64,000 bases of DNA, from assembly GCA_964291215.2 (NCBI GenBank), contig OZ219790.1:1888001-1952000 (forward strand). The letters run 5' to 3'. The notes below the pieces were generated by a model. The model saw nothing but the letters and a program-made list of their open reading frames with translations, was not told the DNA's origin and did no database searches. How positions within the stretch are numbered: position 1 is the first letter of the stretch; each line of letters starts with the position of its first letter. The DNA comes from Alphaproteobacteria bacterium (GTDB lineage Bacteria; Pseudomonadota; Alphaproteobacteria; MPNO01; UBA830). Of this stretch, positions 20,771 through 31,255 are shown piece by piece. Position numbers and translations under genes: made by a program.

Positions 20771-21208
20771 ATGACCACCAAACGGATACGGCCCGTGCCG
20801 CTGACAACGGCGGACCAGGTTCACGCCGCTCCGTCCCGAGCCTTGGCCGGTGCCGGCGTGCGCAGGGTCCACATCAGCGATCTGGTACTCGATTGCCTGA
20901 TCGGCGTACACCGCCACGAGCGGGACGGAACGCAGCGCATTCGCGTCAATCTCGAACTCGATGTTCCGGAACCGGGCCAGCCGCTCGACGACAGGCTGTC
21001 CAACGTCCTGTGCTACGAGGAGGTGATCTCCAAGCTGCGAAAGCTGGTCGCTTCGGGGCATGTCAATCTGGTGGAGACGCTCGCCGAACGCATGGCCGCG
21101 CTCTGCCTGGAAGAGGAGCTTGTGGCCGCGGTCCGGGTGCGGGTCGACAAGCTCGACGTGTTCTCCGACGCGGCCAGCGTCGGCGTCGAGATCGAACGCG
21201 TGAAATGA
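20771..21208 (+). CDS. folB: Dihydroneopterin aldolase
   Basis: IGVHRHE..Q, HVNLVETLAE, VGVEIER. Confidence 0.9.
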   Translation: MTTKRIRPVPLTTADQVHAAPSRALAGAGVRRVHISDLVLDCLIGVHRHERDGTQRIRVNLELDVPEPGQPLDDRLSNVLCYEEVISKLRKLVASGHVNLVETLAERMAALCLEEELVAAVRVRVDKLDVFSDAASVGVEIERVK

Positions 21209-21256
21209 CCCGGAAGAAGGCCGCCGTCGCGCCCGTCGGTCCGGCGCCTTCCAGCT

Positions 21257-23143
21257 ATGGCTGAAGGAAAAGCCGGCGACATCGCCGACGGCGGCGGGCC
21301 GCCGGCCGGATCGGCGCTTATCGCGTCGCGGCTCGGTACCCTGCCGACCGGTCCCGGCGTTTACCGGATGATCGACGCGAAGGACAAGGTCCTCTATGTC
21401 GGCAAGGCGCGCAACCTGCGCAAGCGCGTCGCCGCCTATACGCGCCCGCAGCGCCATCCCGAACGGATCCGGCAGATGGTCGCCCAGGTGCATGACCTTG
21501 AGATCGTCACGACCCACACCGAGGTCGAGGCGCTGCTGCTTGAGAGCAACCTGATCAAGAGCCTCAGGCCCCGCTACAACATCATCCTGCGCGACGACAA
21601 GTCGATGCCGTTCATACTCCTGCGGACCGACACCCCATGGCCGCAGCTGATCAAGCACCGCGGCGCGCGCAGGCGCGACGGGGAATATTTCGGGCCGTTT
21701 GCCACCGTCGGCGCGGTCAACCAGACGCTGAATGTCCTGCAGAAGGTCTTTCCCCTGAGGACCTGCGCCGACAACATCTTCGCCAACCGCACGCGGCCCT
21801 GCCTCCAGTACCAGATCAAGCGCTGCACGGCGCCGTGCGTCAACCTGATATCGGAGGACGACTACCGCGAGATCGTCGATCAGACCCGCGATTTCCTGCA
21901 CGGACGCAGCCGCGACCTCCAGCAGGCTTTCTCGGAGAAGATGACAGCAGCCAGCGAGGCGCTCGAATACGAGGCTGCGGCCATCTATCGCGACCGGATC
22001 CGCGCCCTGACCCAGGTCCAGGCACGCCAGGACATCAATGTCGAGAAGGTTGGCGAGGCCGACATCATCGCAGCTCATCAGGACGGCGGTCAGACCTGCG
22101 TCCAAGTGTTCTTCTATCGGGCCGGACAGAACTACGGCAACCGCACCTATTTCCCCAATCATCCCCGGTCCGTGTCCGTCGACGAAGTTCTCGAAGCCTT
22201 CGTCGGCCAATTCTATGCCGACAAGAAACCGCCGGCGCTCGTCCTGACCAGCCACGACCTTCCGAACCAGCCCCTCGTCCGCCAAGCCCTGTCAGTGCGC
22301 GCCGACCGCCGGGTGGCCGTGATCCGGCCCCAGCGCGGGCGGCGCCGCAAGCTGGTTTCGAACGCGCTGGCCAACGCTGCAGATGCGCTGTCGCGACGCA
22401 TGTCGGAAAGCGCCGCCCAGAGAACTCTGCTCGAGCGCGTTGCCGAACTGTTCGACCTCGACACTCCGCCCCGGCGCATCGAGGTCTACGACAACAGCCA
22501 TATCGGGGGAACCAACGCGCTCGGCGCGATGATCGTCTCGGGCCCGGGTGGGCTCGAGAAGGCCGCCTACCGCCGTTTCGGGATCAGGCCCGGCAACATG
22601 GCACCCGGCGACGACTACGCGATGATGCGCCAGGTCCTGACGAGGCGATTCTCGCGCGCCCTTCGGGAAGATGCCGGCCGCGAAACCGGAAACTGGCCAG
22701 ACCTGGTTGTCATCGATGGCGGGCCCGGCCAGCTCTCTGCCGCAATCGAAGTGCTGTCAGAACTCGGCATCCATGACCTTGCGACCGTCGCGATCGCGAA
22801 GGGTCCGGACCGGAACGCGGGGCGGGAGCGTTTCCACATCCCCGGCCGGCAGCCCTTCTCTCTACCCGTGAACGATCCGGCGCTTTATTTCCTCCAGCGC
22901 CTGCGCGACGAAGCCCACAGGTTCGCGATTGGCGGCCATCGCCAGAAGCGGAAGAAGGACATCGGACGTTCGCTGATCGACGAGATCTCCGGGGTCGGCG
23001 CGGCGCGCAAGCGCGCGCTGCTCCACCATTTCGGCTCCGCGGCCAGCGTATCGCGGGCCGGGCTTGCCGACCTCGAGGCGGTCAACGGAATCAGCAAGGC
23101 GATGGCCCAAAGAATATATGACCATTTTCACCCAAACGAATAG
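21257..23143 (+). CDS. uvrC: Excinuclease ABC subunit C
   Basis: GIY-YIG motif PGVY..LYVGKA, EVYDNSH, IDGG, RDEAHRFA and an HhH domain. Confidence 0.97.
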   Translation: MAEGKAGDIADGGGPPAGSALIASRLGTLPTGPGVYRMIDAKDKVLYVGKARNLRKRVAAYTRPQRHPERIRQMVAQVHDLEIVTTHTEVEALLLESNLIKSLRPRYNIILRDDKSMPFILLRTDTPWPQLIKHRGARRRDGEYFGPFATVGAVNQTLNVLQKVFPLRTCADNIFANRTRPCLQYQIKRCTAPCVNLISEDDYREIVDQTRDFLHGRSRDLQQAFSEKMTAASEALEYEAAAIYRDRIRALTQVQARQDINVEKVGEADIIAAHQDGGQTCVQVFFYRAGQNYGNRTYFPNHPRSVSVDEVLEAFVGQFYADKKPPALVLTSHDLPNQPLVRQALSVRADRRVAVIRPQRGRRRKLVSNALANAADALSRRMSESAAQRTLLERVAELFDLDTPPRRIEVYDNSHIGGTNALGAMIVSGPGGLEKAAYRRFGIRPGNMAPGDDYAMMRQVLTRRFSRALREDAGRETGNWPDLVVIDGGPGQLSAAIEVLSELGIHDLATVAIAKGPDRNAGRERFHIPGRQPFSLPVNDPALYFLQRLRDEAHRFAIGGHRQKRKKDIGRSLIDEISGVGAARKRALLHHFGSAASVSRAGLADLEAVNGISKAMAQRIYDHFHPNE

Positions 23144-23181
23144 AATGCGGCAGATCTTCGGAAATTTGTTCTGGCCGCTCC

Positions 23182-23769
23182 ATGAGCCCAACCCTGCCCA
23201 ATGTGCTGACGCTGCTGCGCGTGGCCGCCGTTCCGGTTTTCGTCGGCGCCTTCTTCCTCGACAGCGCCAGCGGCCAGTGGCTCGCGCTCGCGGTCTTCGC
23301 GACCGCCGCGGTCACGGACTTCTTTGACGGCTATCTTGCGCGCCGTGACGGCCTGTATTCGGATTTCGGGCGTTTCCTCGATCCCGTCGCTGACAAGCTC
23401 CTGATTGCGACAGCGCTCATGATGATGGTCGCCTTCGGCCAGATCGCCGGGCTGGCGATCATCCCGGCGGTAATCATTCTGTGCCGGGAAATTCTCGTCT
23501 CAGGATTGCGGGAGTACCTGGCCGCCATCGAGGTCGATCTGCCGGTAAGCTACGTCGCCAAGTGGAAGACGACGATCCAGATGCTCGCTCTCGGCTTCCT
23601 GATCGTCGGCGACGCAAGCCATCCGCCGGTCCCGCCCGAGATACCGATCCGGTTGATCGGAGAAGCCGGCCTCTGGCTCGCCGCCGCGGTCACCGTGTTC
23701 ACCGGCCTCGACTATATGCGCACCGGCCTCCGCCACATGGACACCAGCGCCGGGAACCACAGGTCATGA
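23182..23769 (+). CDS. pgsA: CDP-diacylglycerol--glycerol-3-phosphate 3-phosphatidyltransferase
   Basis: PNVLT, DFFDGYLAR..GRFLDPVADK; lies directly after uvrC. Confidence 0.95.
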   Translation: MSPTLPNVLTLLRVAAVPVFVGAFFLDSASGQWLALAVFATAAVTDFFDGYLARRDGLYSDFGRFLDPVADKLLIATALMMMVAFGQIAGLAIIPAVIILCREILVSGLREYLAAIEVDLPVSYVAKWKTTIQMLALGFLIVGDASHPPVPPEIPIRLIGEAGLWLAAAVTVFTGLDYMRTGLRHMDTSAGNHRS

Positions 23770-24296
23770 CCCGGCACGGCACGGTTGTCGGCATTGCCGG
23801 ATGGAGCGGCAGCGGCAAGACATCGCTGATCGTGCGGTTGATTCCCGCCCTCGTGGCAAAACGATACCGGGTGGCGACCGTCAAGCATGCGCACCACGAA
23901 TTCGACATCGACATACCGGGCAAGGACTCCTACGAACACCGCGCTGCCGGTGCTGTCGAGGTTGTCGTTTCGTCGGCGCGCCGCTGGGCCGTCGTTCACG
24001 AGAACCGCGGTGAGCCCGAACCGGCACTTGGCGACATTCTTCACCGCTTGTCGCCGGCGGATATCATCCTTGTCGAAGGCTACAAGGACGAGCCGCACGA
24101 GAAGATAGAGGTGTGGCGCGGCAACGCCGACAGGCGGCCGCTCTACGAGGACAATCCCAGCATCGTGGCGGTCGCGACCGATGATCCGGCAGGAATCCGC
24201 TCGATCCCGACTCTCGACATCAACGACGCCGCCGGCGTCGCCAGCTTCATCATCGAACGCTACGGCCTCGCGATGGCGGTCGAGAAGGCCGGCTGA
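23766..24296 (+). CDS. mobB: Molybdopterin-guanine dinucleotide biosynthesis protein B
   Basis: GWSGSGKT, VKHAHH, PGKDS, VEGYK. Confidence 0.94.
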   Translation: MTRHGTVVGIAGWSGSGKTSLIVRLIPALVAKRYRVATVKHAHHEFDIDIPGKDSYEHRAAGAVEVVVSSARRWAVVHENRGEPEPALGDILHRLSPADIILVEGYKDEPHEKIEVWRGNADRRPLYEDNPSIVAVATDDPAGIRSIPTLDINDAAGVASFIIERYGLAMAVEKAG

Positions 24297-24297
24297 T

Positions 24298-25551
24298 ATG
24301 GCCCAGCTATCCGATGACTGCTTTGCCTTCGGCGGCGAATTGATGCGGACGCACGAGGCGCTCGGGCTTCTTGCCGAACGCCTCGACACTGTCGTCGGCA
24401 CGGAACACATCTGCCTGGATGAAGCCGACGGACGAATACTCGCTGCCGACATCCGGTCTCCCCTCTCGGTGCCGCCGCATGACAACGCCGCCGTGGACGG
24501 CTACGCAGTGCGCTTCTGCGATCTGTCCGGCGACGATGAAACCCGGCTGCGCCTGTCCCAGCGCATTGCAGCCGGGGACCTTCCCGGCCCGTCCGTCGGG
24601 ACAGGCGAGGCAGCACGCATCTTCACGGGAGCGCCGATGCCGGCCGGGGCGGACACCGTGCTGATGCAGGAGGACTGCCGCGAGGCGGATGGCTACGTGT
24701 CCGTTCCGCCGGGGATCGCGCAAGGCGCAAACCGGCGTTTCGCAGGCGAGGACATTGCCGCAGATTCACGGATTCTGAGGGTCGGCTTGCGGTTGCGGCC
24801 GCAGGATATCGGACTTGCCGCCTCGACGGGCCGCGTGCGGCTTCCGGTCCGCCGCCGTTTGCGCGTAGCCCTGTTCTCGACCGGAAACGAGGTCAGGGAA
24901 CCCGGACACGATCTGCCGCCCGGATGCATCTATGACGCCAATCGCTATTCGCTCCGCGCCGCTGTCTCTCGCCTCGGCTGCGAAGTGACCGATCTCGGCA
25001 TTCTGCACGATGACTTCCGGTCCATCCGCGACACGCTTGCCGAAGCCGCCGACGCGCACGACCTGCTGATGACGTCGGCTGGCGTGTCGACGGGAGAACA
25101 GGATCATGTTCGCAGCGCCGTCGAGGCGAACGGCCGGATCCATCTCTGGAGACTCGCCATCCGGCCAGGACGGCCGGTGGCGTTCGGCCAGGTCGGCACG
25201 GTTCCCTTTATCGGCCTTCCGGGCAATCCAGTAGCGGTTCTGGTGACTTTCATGCGCTTTGCCAGGCCGGCCATCCTCCGTCTCAGCGGCTGCACGGACA
25301 CCGAGCCAAAGAGCTTTCGTGTGCGCACGGCGTTCCCGATCCGCAAGAAAGCGGGCCGTCGCGAATGGCTGCGTGTGAGGCTGGAACGGGGCGAGGACGG
25401 GCGGACGGTTGCCCACAAGTTCGAGCGCGACGGCGCAGGCATACTGACTTCAATGGTGGAATCCGACGGTCTGGCGGAACTCCCCGAGGAGCTCGCCGAG
25501 GCCAGCCCCGGGCACCCGGTGGATTTCCTGCCGTTCAGCGAGATGGGATGA
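24298..25551 (+). CDS. moeA: Molybdopterin molybdenumtransferase
   Basis: NAAVDGYA, RIFTGAPMP, STGNE, PGRP, GLPGNP. Confidence 0.95.
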   Translation: MAQLSDDCFAFGGELMRTHEALGLLAERLDTVVGTEHICLDEADGRILAADIRSPLSVPPHDNAAVDGYAVRFCDLSGDDETRLRLSQRIAAGDLPGPSVGTGEAARIFTGAPMPAGADTVLMQEDCREADGYVSVPPGIAQGANRRFAGEDIAADSRILRVGLRLRPQDIGLAASTGRVRLPVRRRLRVALFSTGNEVREPGHDLPPGCIYDANRYSLRAAVSRLGCEVTDLGILHDDFRSIRDTLAEAADAHDLLMTSAGVSTGEQDHVRSAVEANGRIHLWRLAIRPGRPVAFGQVGTVPFIGLPGNPVAVLVTFMRFARPAILRLSGCTDTEPKSFRVRTAFPIRKKAGRREWLRVRLERGEDGRTVAHKFERDGAGILTSMVESDGLAELPEELAEASPGHPVDFLPFSEMG

Positions 25552-25802
25552 TGCAGATACTCTATTTTGGATGGGTCCGTTCACGAATCGGGACATCGGT
25601 CGAGACCATGGAACTGGCGGACGGAGTCCATGACATCGCTTCCCTTGTCGAGCACCTGAGGGGCCGCGGCGGTGGCTATGCCCATGCCTTCGATGACGCC
25701 GCGGCCATACGCGCAGCTGTCAACCAGGAGATCGTGCCGCCGGACGCGCCGGTAGGAGATGGAGACGAAATCGCCTTCTTTCCGCCGATGACGGGGGGAT
25801 AG
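25548..25802 (+). CDS. moaD: Molybdopterin synthase sulfur carrier subunit
   Basis: ILYF..AVNQ..DEIAFFPPMTGG with the C-terminal GG. Confidence 0.94.
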   Translation: MMQILYFGWVRSRIGTSVETMELADGVHDIASLVEHLRGRGGGYAHAFDDAAAIRAAVNQEIVPPDAPVGDGDEIAFFPPMTGG

Positions 25803-25807
25803 GTCCG

Positions 25808-26245
25808 ATGATCAGGGTGCAGGAGGAGGATTTCGACATCGGTGCCGAAATCGGCCGCATCACGGCCGGGCGAACGGACATCGGCGGTCTGGCCAGCTTC
25901 GTCGGCCTCGTGCGCGAGATGGCCGACGGCGAAAAGATCAGCGCGATGACGCTCGAACACTATCCGGGAATGACCGAGAAACAGCTGGCCAAGGTCGAAG
26001 GCGAAGCGCGCGCCAGATGGCCGCTGCTTGATGTCCTTGTCATTCACCGGTACGGACGGCTCGAACCGGGCGAGCAGATCGTGCTCGTCATCACCGCATC
26101 AGCGCATCGGAAAGCCGCTCTGGAGAGTTGCCAGTTTCTCATCGACTGGCTGAAAACCGGAGCGCCGTTCTGGAAGCTGGAAGACCGTGAATCGGGACCG
26201 GTATGGGTAACCCAGAATTCGCGGGACCTGGATGCAGGCCCCTGA
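25808..26245 (+). CDS. moaE: Molybdopterin synthase catalytic subunit
   Basis: F.GLVR, LEHYPGM, HRYG.L, APFWK.E. Confidence 0.95.
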   Translation: MIRVQEEDFDIGAEIGRITAGRTDIGGLASFVGLVREMADGEKISAMTLEHYPGMTEKQLAKVEGEARARWPLLDVLVIHRYGRLEPGEQIVLVITASAHRKAALESCQFLIDWLKTGAPFWKLEDRESGPVWVTQNSRDLDAGP

Positions 26246-26298
26246 GAGCCGGATTTTCGCGATCCCGGAACAACGCGCAACCGTGCCCCTTCGCGGCC

Positions 26299-26405
26299 CA
26301 CGGTGATCCGGCGCTGCCAATCCAGCGACGACTGGCGAGATTTCTCAGTCTGCCTCGCGCAGCAATCGTGCAGCCAAGGCTCGATGGTGCCTTTCCCGGA
26401 CGCAG
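26299..26405. mobile_element. MITE family B, partial copy in reverse orientation
   Basis: CACGGTGATCCGGCGCTGCCAATCCAGCGACGACTGGCGAGATTTCTCAGTCTG...GCAATCGTGCAGCCAAGGCTC matches the reverse complement of the right half of copies 1 and 2. Confidence 0.7.
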
Positions 26406-26457
26406 ACGGCGGCACTGAACACCGGATCCGGCGGCATCGACGAATGGAGCAGCAACG

Positions 26458-27047
26458 ATGGAAGCCGACGAAATCATCGCCCGATACGGGCTTGTGCCCC
26501 ATCCGGAAGGCGGCCACTACCGGGAGACATTTCGTGCGGTCGCGGAGGATGGCAGCCGCGGCGCCGCCACCGCAATCTACTATCTGCCGAAGGCTGGCGG
26601 GACCTCGCCTGGCACCCAGGGTCTTCTTTTGTCCGGTTCCGTCCGACGAGGGGGCGTTGTAGGCAGATCTGGAGGTCCATTCGGGGGCGGATTTCGTTGT
26701 CGATATGCCGGTTCCGACTTTGAGACGGTGCCACCAACTTCAAGAACGGTCACTCTGACACGGTTGTCCGCCGCCGATCGCGACAACAGAATAGTCTTGG
26801 CCTGGCACCGCATCGATGCCACGGAGATCTGGCATTATTGCGCAGGCGCTCCGATTCACTTGACGCTGTCACCTGACGGCCGCACGACCACGAAATCGCG
26901 TCTGTCGACGGATATTGGCGCGGTACCGCATATCGTGGTTCCCGCCGGCACTTGGCAATGCGCCCGGTCCGATGGCGCCTGGCCGGTTGCACGGTGGCCC
27001 CTGCATTCGGGTTCTCCGGTTTCGAGCTCGCGCCGCCCGGATGGTAA
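26458..27047 (+). pseudogene. Cupin_5 (DUF985) protein interrupted by a MITE and a later frameshift
   Basis: PHPEGGHYRET..TAIYY / WHRIDATEIWH..GAP / VVPAGTWQ; the terminal GCTVAPAFGFSGFELAPPGW* is in another frame. Confidence 0.85.
26617..26799. mobile_element. MITE family C (183 bp) with a 10-bp TSD
   Basis: Imperfect TIR CAGGGTCTTCTTTTGTC / GACAACAGAATAGTCTTG; direct repeat GCCTGGCACC at 26607-26616 and 26800-26809. Confidence 0.82.
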
Positions 27048-27277
27048 ACGGGATAATCTGTCGGCCGCAAGCACCGGATACGCCCACCGCACCGGCATAC
27101 TCCGGAATCCGGCGGTGGTGTCAGACCAACGGGAACCGCGCCGCGAACCAGAAAACCGTGCTAAAATCGAGTTTCCGCGACTCGAATCGAGCCGACATCA
27201 TGCGTCCCCATGTTCCGTCCACCTGGTTGGGGCTGCATACCGTCGAACTCGAAAACGCCCCTCCGGGAAGGACCGAT

Positions 27278-28090
27278 ATGTCGAGAAACCTGCCGTGCCT
27301 GTGCCGCATCGTCGGCCTAGCCATCCTGATCTCGGGTGCGGCGCATGCCGTCGAGCTGCCTTCGACCGCAAAGTTGCGGCAGCAGATGACGGTTCCCGCC
27401 CAGGCCGTAGCTGTCCACGAGCCGCACCTCAGCGTGGGCGACAGGCATGTCGCGATCGAATATGTCGGTTTTCCAGCCGTCGACGTGCTTGAGCGCCTCT
27501 TCGGCAGGGACTGGCGGAGGCAGGGCGAGACGGTCGAATTCCGCGCCCTCGACGGTTACGTCTCGCGCATCGCCGTCACCCGGTTCCGCAGGGAAAACGC
27601 CTTTCTTGTCTTTGCCCGCAAGGACGGCAGCGCATTCACGGTCGACAATCTCGCCCAGAACCAGCGGGACGTGCCGCTTGGACCGTACTATCTCGTATGG
27701 GACAACATCTCGAATCCCGCGCTGCTGAAGGAGGGCGCTGGCAAATGGCCCTATCAGGTCAACGAGGTGAATCTGGTGAGTTTGTCCGACCGAGCCCTGT
27801 TGCCGAAGGGGCTTGATCCGCGCTTGAGCGGGGGCGTCCAGCTGGCCAAGACCCACTGTCTGAGCTGCCACAAGATCAACGGCTTTGGCGGCGAGAAATT
27901 CGAGGGCAATCTGGCCGAAATAGCGAAAGACATGTCCGAGCCCGAATTCGTCCGCTGGGTGCTGGCTCCCTCGTCGATACTGAGTCGAACAACGATGCCG
28001 CCCCTTTCCGACCGCCTCGCGGAAGGCGAGCGCCAAAGGATCGCGAAGGCCCTGTTCGGATATCTGCGTGCGGTTCCGGTCCTGCCGTAA
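27278..28090 (+). CDS. Exported monoheme cytochrome c with an N-terminal molybdopterin-oxidoreductase-like domain
   Basis: Signal peptide ending AHA, ALDGY..GPYYLVW..WPYQ, CLSCH and a distal MP ligand. Confidence 0.78.
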   Translation: MSRNLPCLCRIVGLAILISGAAHAVELPSTAKLRQQMTVPAQAVAVHEPHLSVGDRHVAIEYVGFPAVDVLERLFGRDWRRQGETVEFRALDGYVSRIAVTRFRRENAFLVFARKDGSAFTVDNLAQNQRDVPLGPYYLVWDNISNPALLKEGAGKWPYQVNEVNLVSLSDRALLPKGLDPRLSGGVQLAKTHCLSCHKINGFGGEKFEGNLAEIAKDMSEPEFVRWVLAPSSILSRTTMPPLSDRLAEGERQRIAKALFGYLRAVPVLP

Positions 28091-28163
28091 AGGCCCGCAG
28101 ACGCGCTCCGCCGCGGACGGGCTGCGAGGGCATCTGTTTCGGGGTTGCGCCTTCGGCGGCGTC

Positions 28164-29048
28164 TCAGGCCGCCACGTCCGCCTTCGCGCGCACAAGGGCC
28201 TCGTAATCCTCGCGCAATGCCCGGCTGATCGAACCGACCGGGAAATGGTGGTCGTCGATGCAGCCGACCGGCGTGACTTCGGCCGCCGTGCCGGTCACGA
28301 AGATCTCGTCGGCCCCGGGCAATTCCTCCGGCTGGATCGCGCGCTCGATCACTTCGATGCGGCGCGCCCTGGCCAGGCCGATCACCGTCTGGCGCGTGAT
28401 GCCGTCGAGAAAACAGTCCGGTGCCGGCGTGTGCAGCCTGCCCTCGCGGGCGAGAAAGATGTTCGCGCCGGTGCTCTCCGCCACCAGTCCCCGCCAGTCG
28501 AGCATCAGCGCGTCGTCATAGCCCTCGCCTTCGGCTTCGTGCTTGCTCATCGTGCAGATCATGTAGAGCCCGGCCGCCTTGGCATGCACGGGGGCGGTAT
28601 CCGGCGCCGGACGGCGCCACCTGGCGGTCTTGAGCTTGATTCCGCGGTTCCGCGCCTCGGGCGAGAAATAGGACGGCCACTCCCAGACCGCGATTGCGAC
28701 ATGTATGGTGGTCAGCTGCGCCGACACCCCCATCATCTCGCTGCCGCGCCATGCCACAGGCCGCACATAGGCGTCTGCGTAACCTTGCGCGGCCACCGTC
28801 TCGAGCGTTGCCCGCTCGAGTCTTTCCAGCGAATAGGGTATTTCAAATCCGAGTGCGGCGCCGGAATCCAGCAATCGCTGCGTATGCTCTCGAAGCTTGA
28901 AGACCTCGCCACCATAGACACGTTCACCCTCAAACACGCAACTCCCGTAATGAAGCCCATGAGAAAGGACATGCAGACGCGCATCGCGCCACGGCTTCAG
29001 AGCACCGTCATACCAGACAAGGCCATCCTGATCGTCGAAATTAATCAT
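28164..29048 (-). CDS. ilvE: Branched-chain amino acid aminotransferase
   Basis: HGLHYGSCVFEG, AKAAGLY, ESTGANIF, LDGITR, TGTAAEVTP. Confidence 0.95.
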   Translation of the reverse strand: MINFDDQDGLVWYDGALKPWRDARLHVLSHGLHYGSCVFEGERVYGGEVFKLREHTQRLLDSGAALGFEIPYSLERLERATLETVAAQGYADAYVRPVAWRGSEMMGVSAQLTTIHVAIAVWEWPSYFSPEARNRGIKLKTARWRRPAPDTAPVHAKAAGLYMICTMSKHEAEGEGYDDALMLDWRGLVAESTGANIFLAREGRLHTPAPDCFLDGITRQTVIGLARARRIEVIERAIQPEELPGADEIFVTGTAAEVTPVGCIDDHHFPVGSISRALREDYEALVRAKADVAA

Positions 29049-29132
29049 CGGTATATTCTCCACCGCCGGATCGCGAGGACATTTCATCAATCCAGCTTGC
29101 CTGCCTTATCATTTGCAGGCATACAGGTCAAT

Positions 29133-29639
29133 ATGACTGGCGCGAAACTGACGACGAATCCGCTCTTCCTTCGTGACGAGGATCTCCGCCAGGGGATCGA
29201 ACTGCTCTATTTCGCCTATCAGGACCTTGCCCGGGACGCCGACCAGATTCTCGCCGAATACGGCTTCGGCCGCGCCCATCACCGCGCAATCCATTTCGTG
29301 AACAGCAATCCCGGAATAACGGTCTCCGAACTCCTGTCGATTCTGAAGATCACCAAGCAGAGCCTGTCACGGGTCCTGGGCCAGCTCGTCCGCGACGGAT
29401 TCATCGTCCAGATGAAGAGCGAAGGCGACCGGCGCCAGAGATTGCTCAAACTCACGCCCAAGGGCGTCCAACTCGAACGGCGCCTTTCCGAGATCCAGCG
29501 CAGCAAGATAGCGCAGGCGTACCGCGAAGCTGGCGCCGAGGCAGTCGAAGGCTACTGCCAGGTTCTTGCCGGCATGATCGGAGAGGAGGGCCGGAATCGT
29601 GTCCTCGGCCAGCGCCGCGATGCCTGCGGCGGCAAGTAG
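29133..29639 (+). CDS. MarR-family regulator (PetP-like)
   Basis: GFGRAHHR..ITKQSLSRVL..DRRQR; divergent from ilvE. Confidence 0.92.
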   Translation: MTGAKLTTNPLFLRDEDLRQGIELLYFAYQDLARDADQILAEYGFGRAHHRAIHFVNSNPGITVSELLSILKITKQSLSRVLGQLVRDGFIVQMKSEGDRRQRLLKLTPKGVQLERRLSEIQRSKIAQAYREAGAEAVEGYCQVLAGMIGEEGRNRVLGQRRDACGGK

Positions 29640-29658
29640 AAGCAGCGCCGCGGACCGC

Positions 29659-30444
29659 TCATATCCTGACCGTTCCCTCCATATAGAGCGCGGCCCGTCC
29701 GCCGATGCCGACGCGCGGACCCCGGTCTTCGCAATGGAGCGTTCCGCCGCGCGCCGATATCTGGCGCGCGAGCAGATTTTTCCGGGCCAGTTTCGCCGAC
29801 CAGTAGGGAATCAGCATGCAGTGCGCGGACCCGGTTACGGGATCCTCGTCGACGCCGTGCGCTGGCGCGAAATAGCGCGACACGAAATCGCAGTCCTCGC
29901 CCGGCGCCGTTGCGATCACACCGCGCGGATAGAGTTTCGCAAGACTGCGGAACTCGGGCTCCAGCGCCGCGACCTCGGCCTTGTGCGCGAAGACGGCCAT
30001 GTAGTTCCGCCCCTCGAAAACCGCCCGCGGGACCACGCCCAGACCCCCGGCCAGCGCCTCCGGAATTTCGGTCTCGACGGCTTGATGCGCCGGAAAGTCC
30101 AGGTACAGGAGATCATCCCGGCGGGCAACCGTCATCCTCCCGCTCTGCGTGTTGAACGACACCGCCTCCCTGCCCGTCGCCATGCGCTCAAGGATCACGA
30201 ATGCCGACGCAAGCGTCGCATGGCCGCACAGCTCGACCTCGATCGTGGGCGTGAACCAGCGCAGATCGTAACCGTCCTCACCGTCGGGGACGAAGAACGC
30301 GGTCTCCGAGAGATTGTTCTCGGCAGCAATCGCCTGCATCAGCTCGTCGGGCAGCCATTCGGTCAGGGGGCATACAGCCGCCGGGTTTCCGGAGAACACC
30401 CGGTCCGCAAACGCATCGATTTGGTAAATCCGTATCCCGCTCAT
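29659..30444 (-). CDS. PhzF-family isomerase
   Basis: DAF..GNPAAV, NLSETAF, LCGHATLA, EDPVTGSAH. Confidence 0.93.
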   Translation of the reverse strand: MSGIRIYQIDAFADRVFSGNPAAVCPLTEWLPDELMQAIAAENNLSETAFFVPDGEDGYDLRWFTPTIEVELCGHATLASAFVILERMATGREAVSFNTQSGRMTVARRDDLLYLDFPAHQAVETEIPEALAGGLGVVPRAVFEGRNYMAVFAHKAEVAALEPEFRSLAKLYPRGVIATAPGEDCDFVSRYFAPAHGVDEDPVTGSAHCMLIPYWSAKLARKNLLARQISARGGTLHCEDRGPRVGIGGRAALYMEGTVRI

Positions 30445-30445
30445 C

Positions 30446-31255
30446 CTATCGGGTCCCGGCGATGGGCCGAACCGTATGGCCATGATCCAGGGGGCCGTGG
30501 CCGTGGCCGTGGCCGGGCGCGAGACGGATGGCCCGGAGCACATAGGCCTGCGCCCGTTCGACCGCGGCAAACAGCGGCAGACCTGCAGCAAGCCCGGCAG
30601 CGATGGCAGACGCCATGGTGCAGCCGGTTCCGTGGGTATGGGCCGTGGCGATACGCGCGGTCGCGAATGTATGGCACGTCTGACCGTCATAGAGGACATC
30701 GACCAGTTCCGAACCCGTCATGTGGCCGCCCTTGACGAGCGCACCGGCAGGCCCAAACCCGACAAGCTGCCGGGCCGCATCCTTCATGTCGCCGAGGCTC
30801 TCGATACGCCCGCCGAGCAGCGTCTCCGCCTCAGGAATGTTCGGCGTGATCACGGCCGCTGCCGGCAACAGCCGACGGCGCACCGCATCGACACCGTCGG
30901 CATCGAGCAGCGATGCCCCGCCTTTGGCCACCATTACCGGATCGGCCACCAACGGCACCCCGGCAGCTTCCGATTCGATGACGTCGCATACCGCATCGAC
31001 GACCTCCGCGCTATGCAGCATTCCCGTCTTGAGGCAGTCGGCTCCGATATCCGCGAGCACCACCTCGATCTGTTTGCGGATGAACCCGATGTCAACCGCC
31101 ATCACCGCATGCACGTCGCGGGTGTCCTGGGCCGTGAGCGCGGTGATCGCAGTTGCAGCATAGCCGCCAAGCGCGGTCACCGTCTTGATGTCCGCCTGGA
31201 TGCCGGCGCCGCCGCCGGAATCGGATCCGGCGATTACAAGTACCCTCCCCTTCAC
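30446..31255 (-). CDS. thiD: Hydroxymethylpyrimidine/phosphomethylpyrimidine kinase
   Basis: [28 protein letters not shown]. Confidence 0.96.
   Translation of the reverse strand: MKGRVLVIAGSDSGGGAGIQADIKTVTALGGYAATAITALTAQDTRDVHAVMAVDIGFIRKQIEVVLADIGADCLKTGMLHSAEVVDAVCDVIESEAAGVPLVADPVMVAKGGASLLDADGVDAVRRRLLPAAAVITPNIPEAETLLGGRIESLGDMKDAARQLVGFGPAGALVKGGHMTGSELVDVLYDGQTCHTFATARIATAHTHGTGCTMASAIAAGLAAGLPLFAAVERAQAYVLRAIRLAPGHGHGHGPLDHGHTVRPIAGTR

Noticed and set aside
27122-27235. Possible additional MITE (CAGACCAAC...GTTGGGGCTG)
   Set aside because: Weak TIR, no TSD and no second copy in the window.
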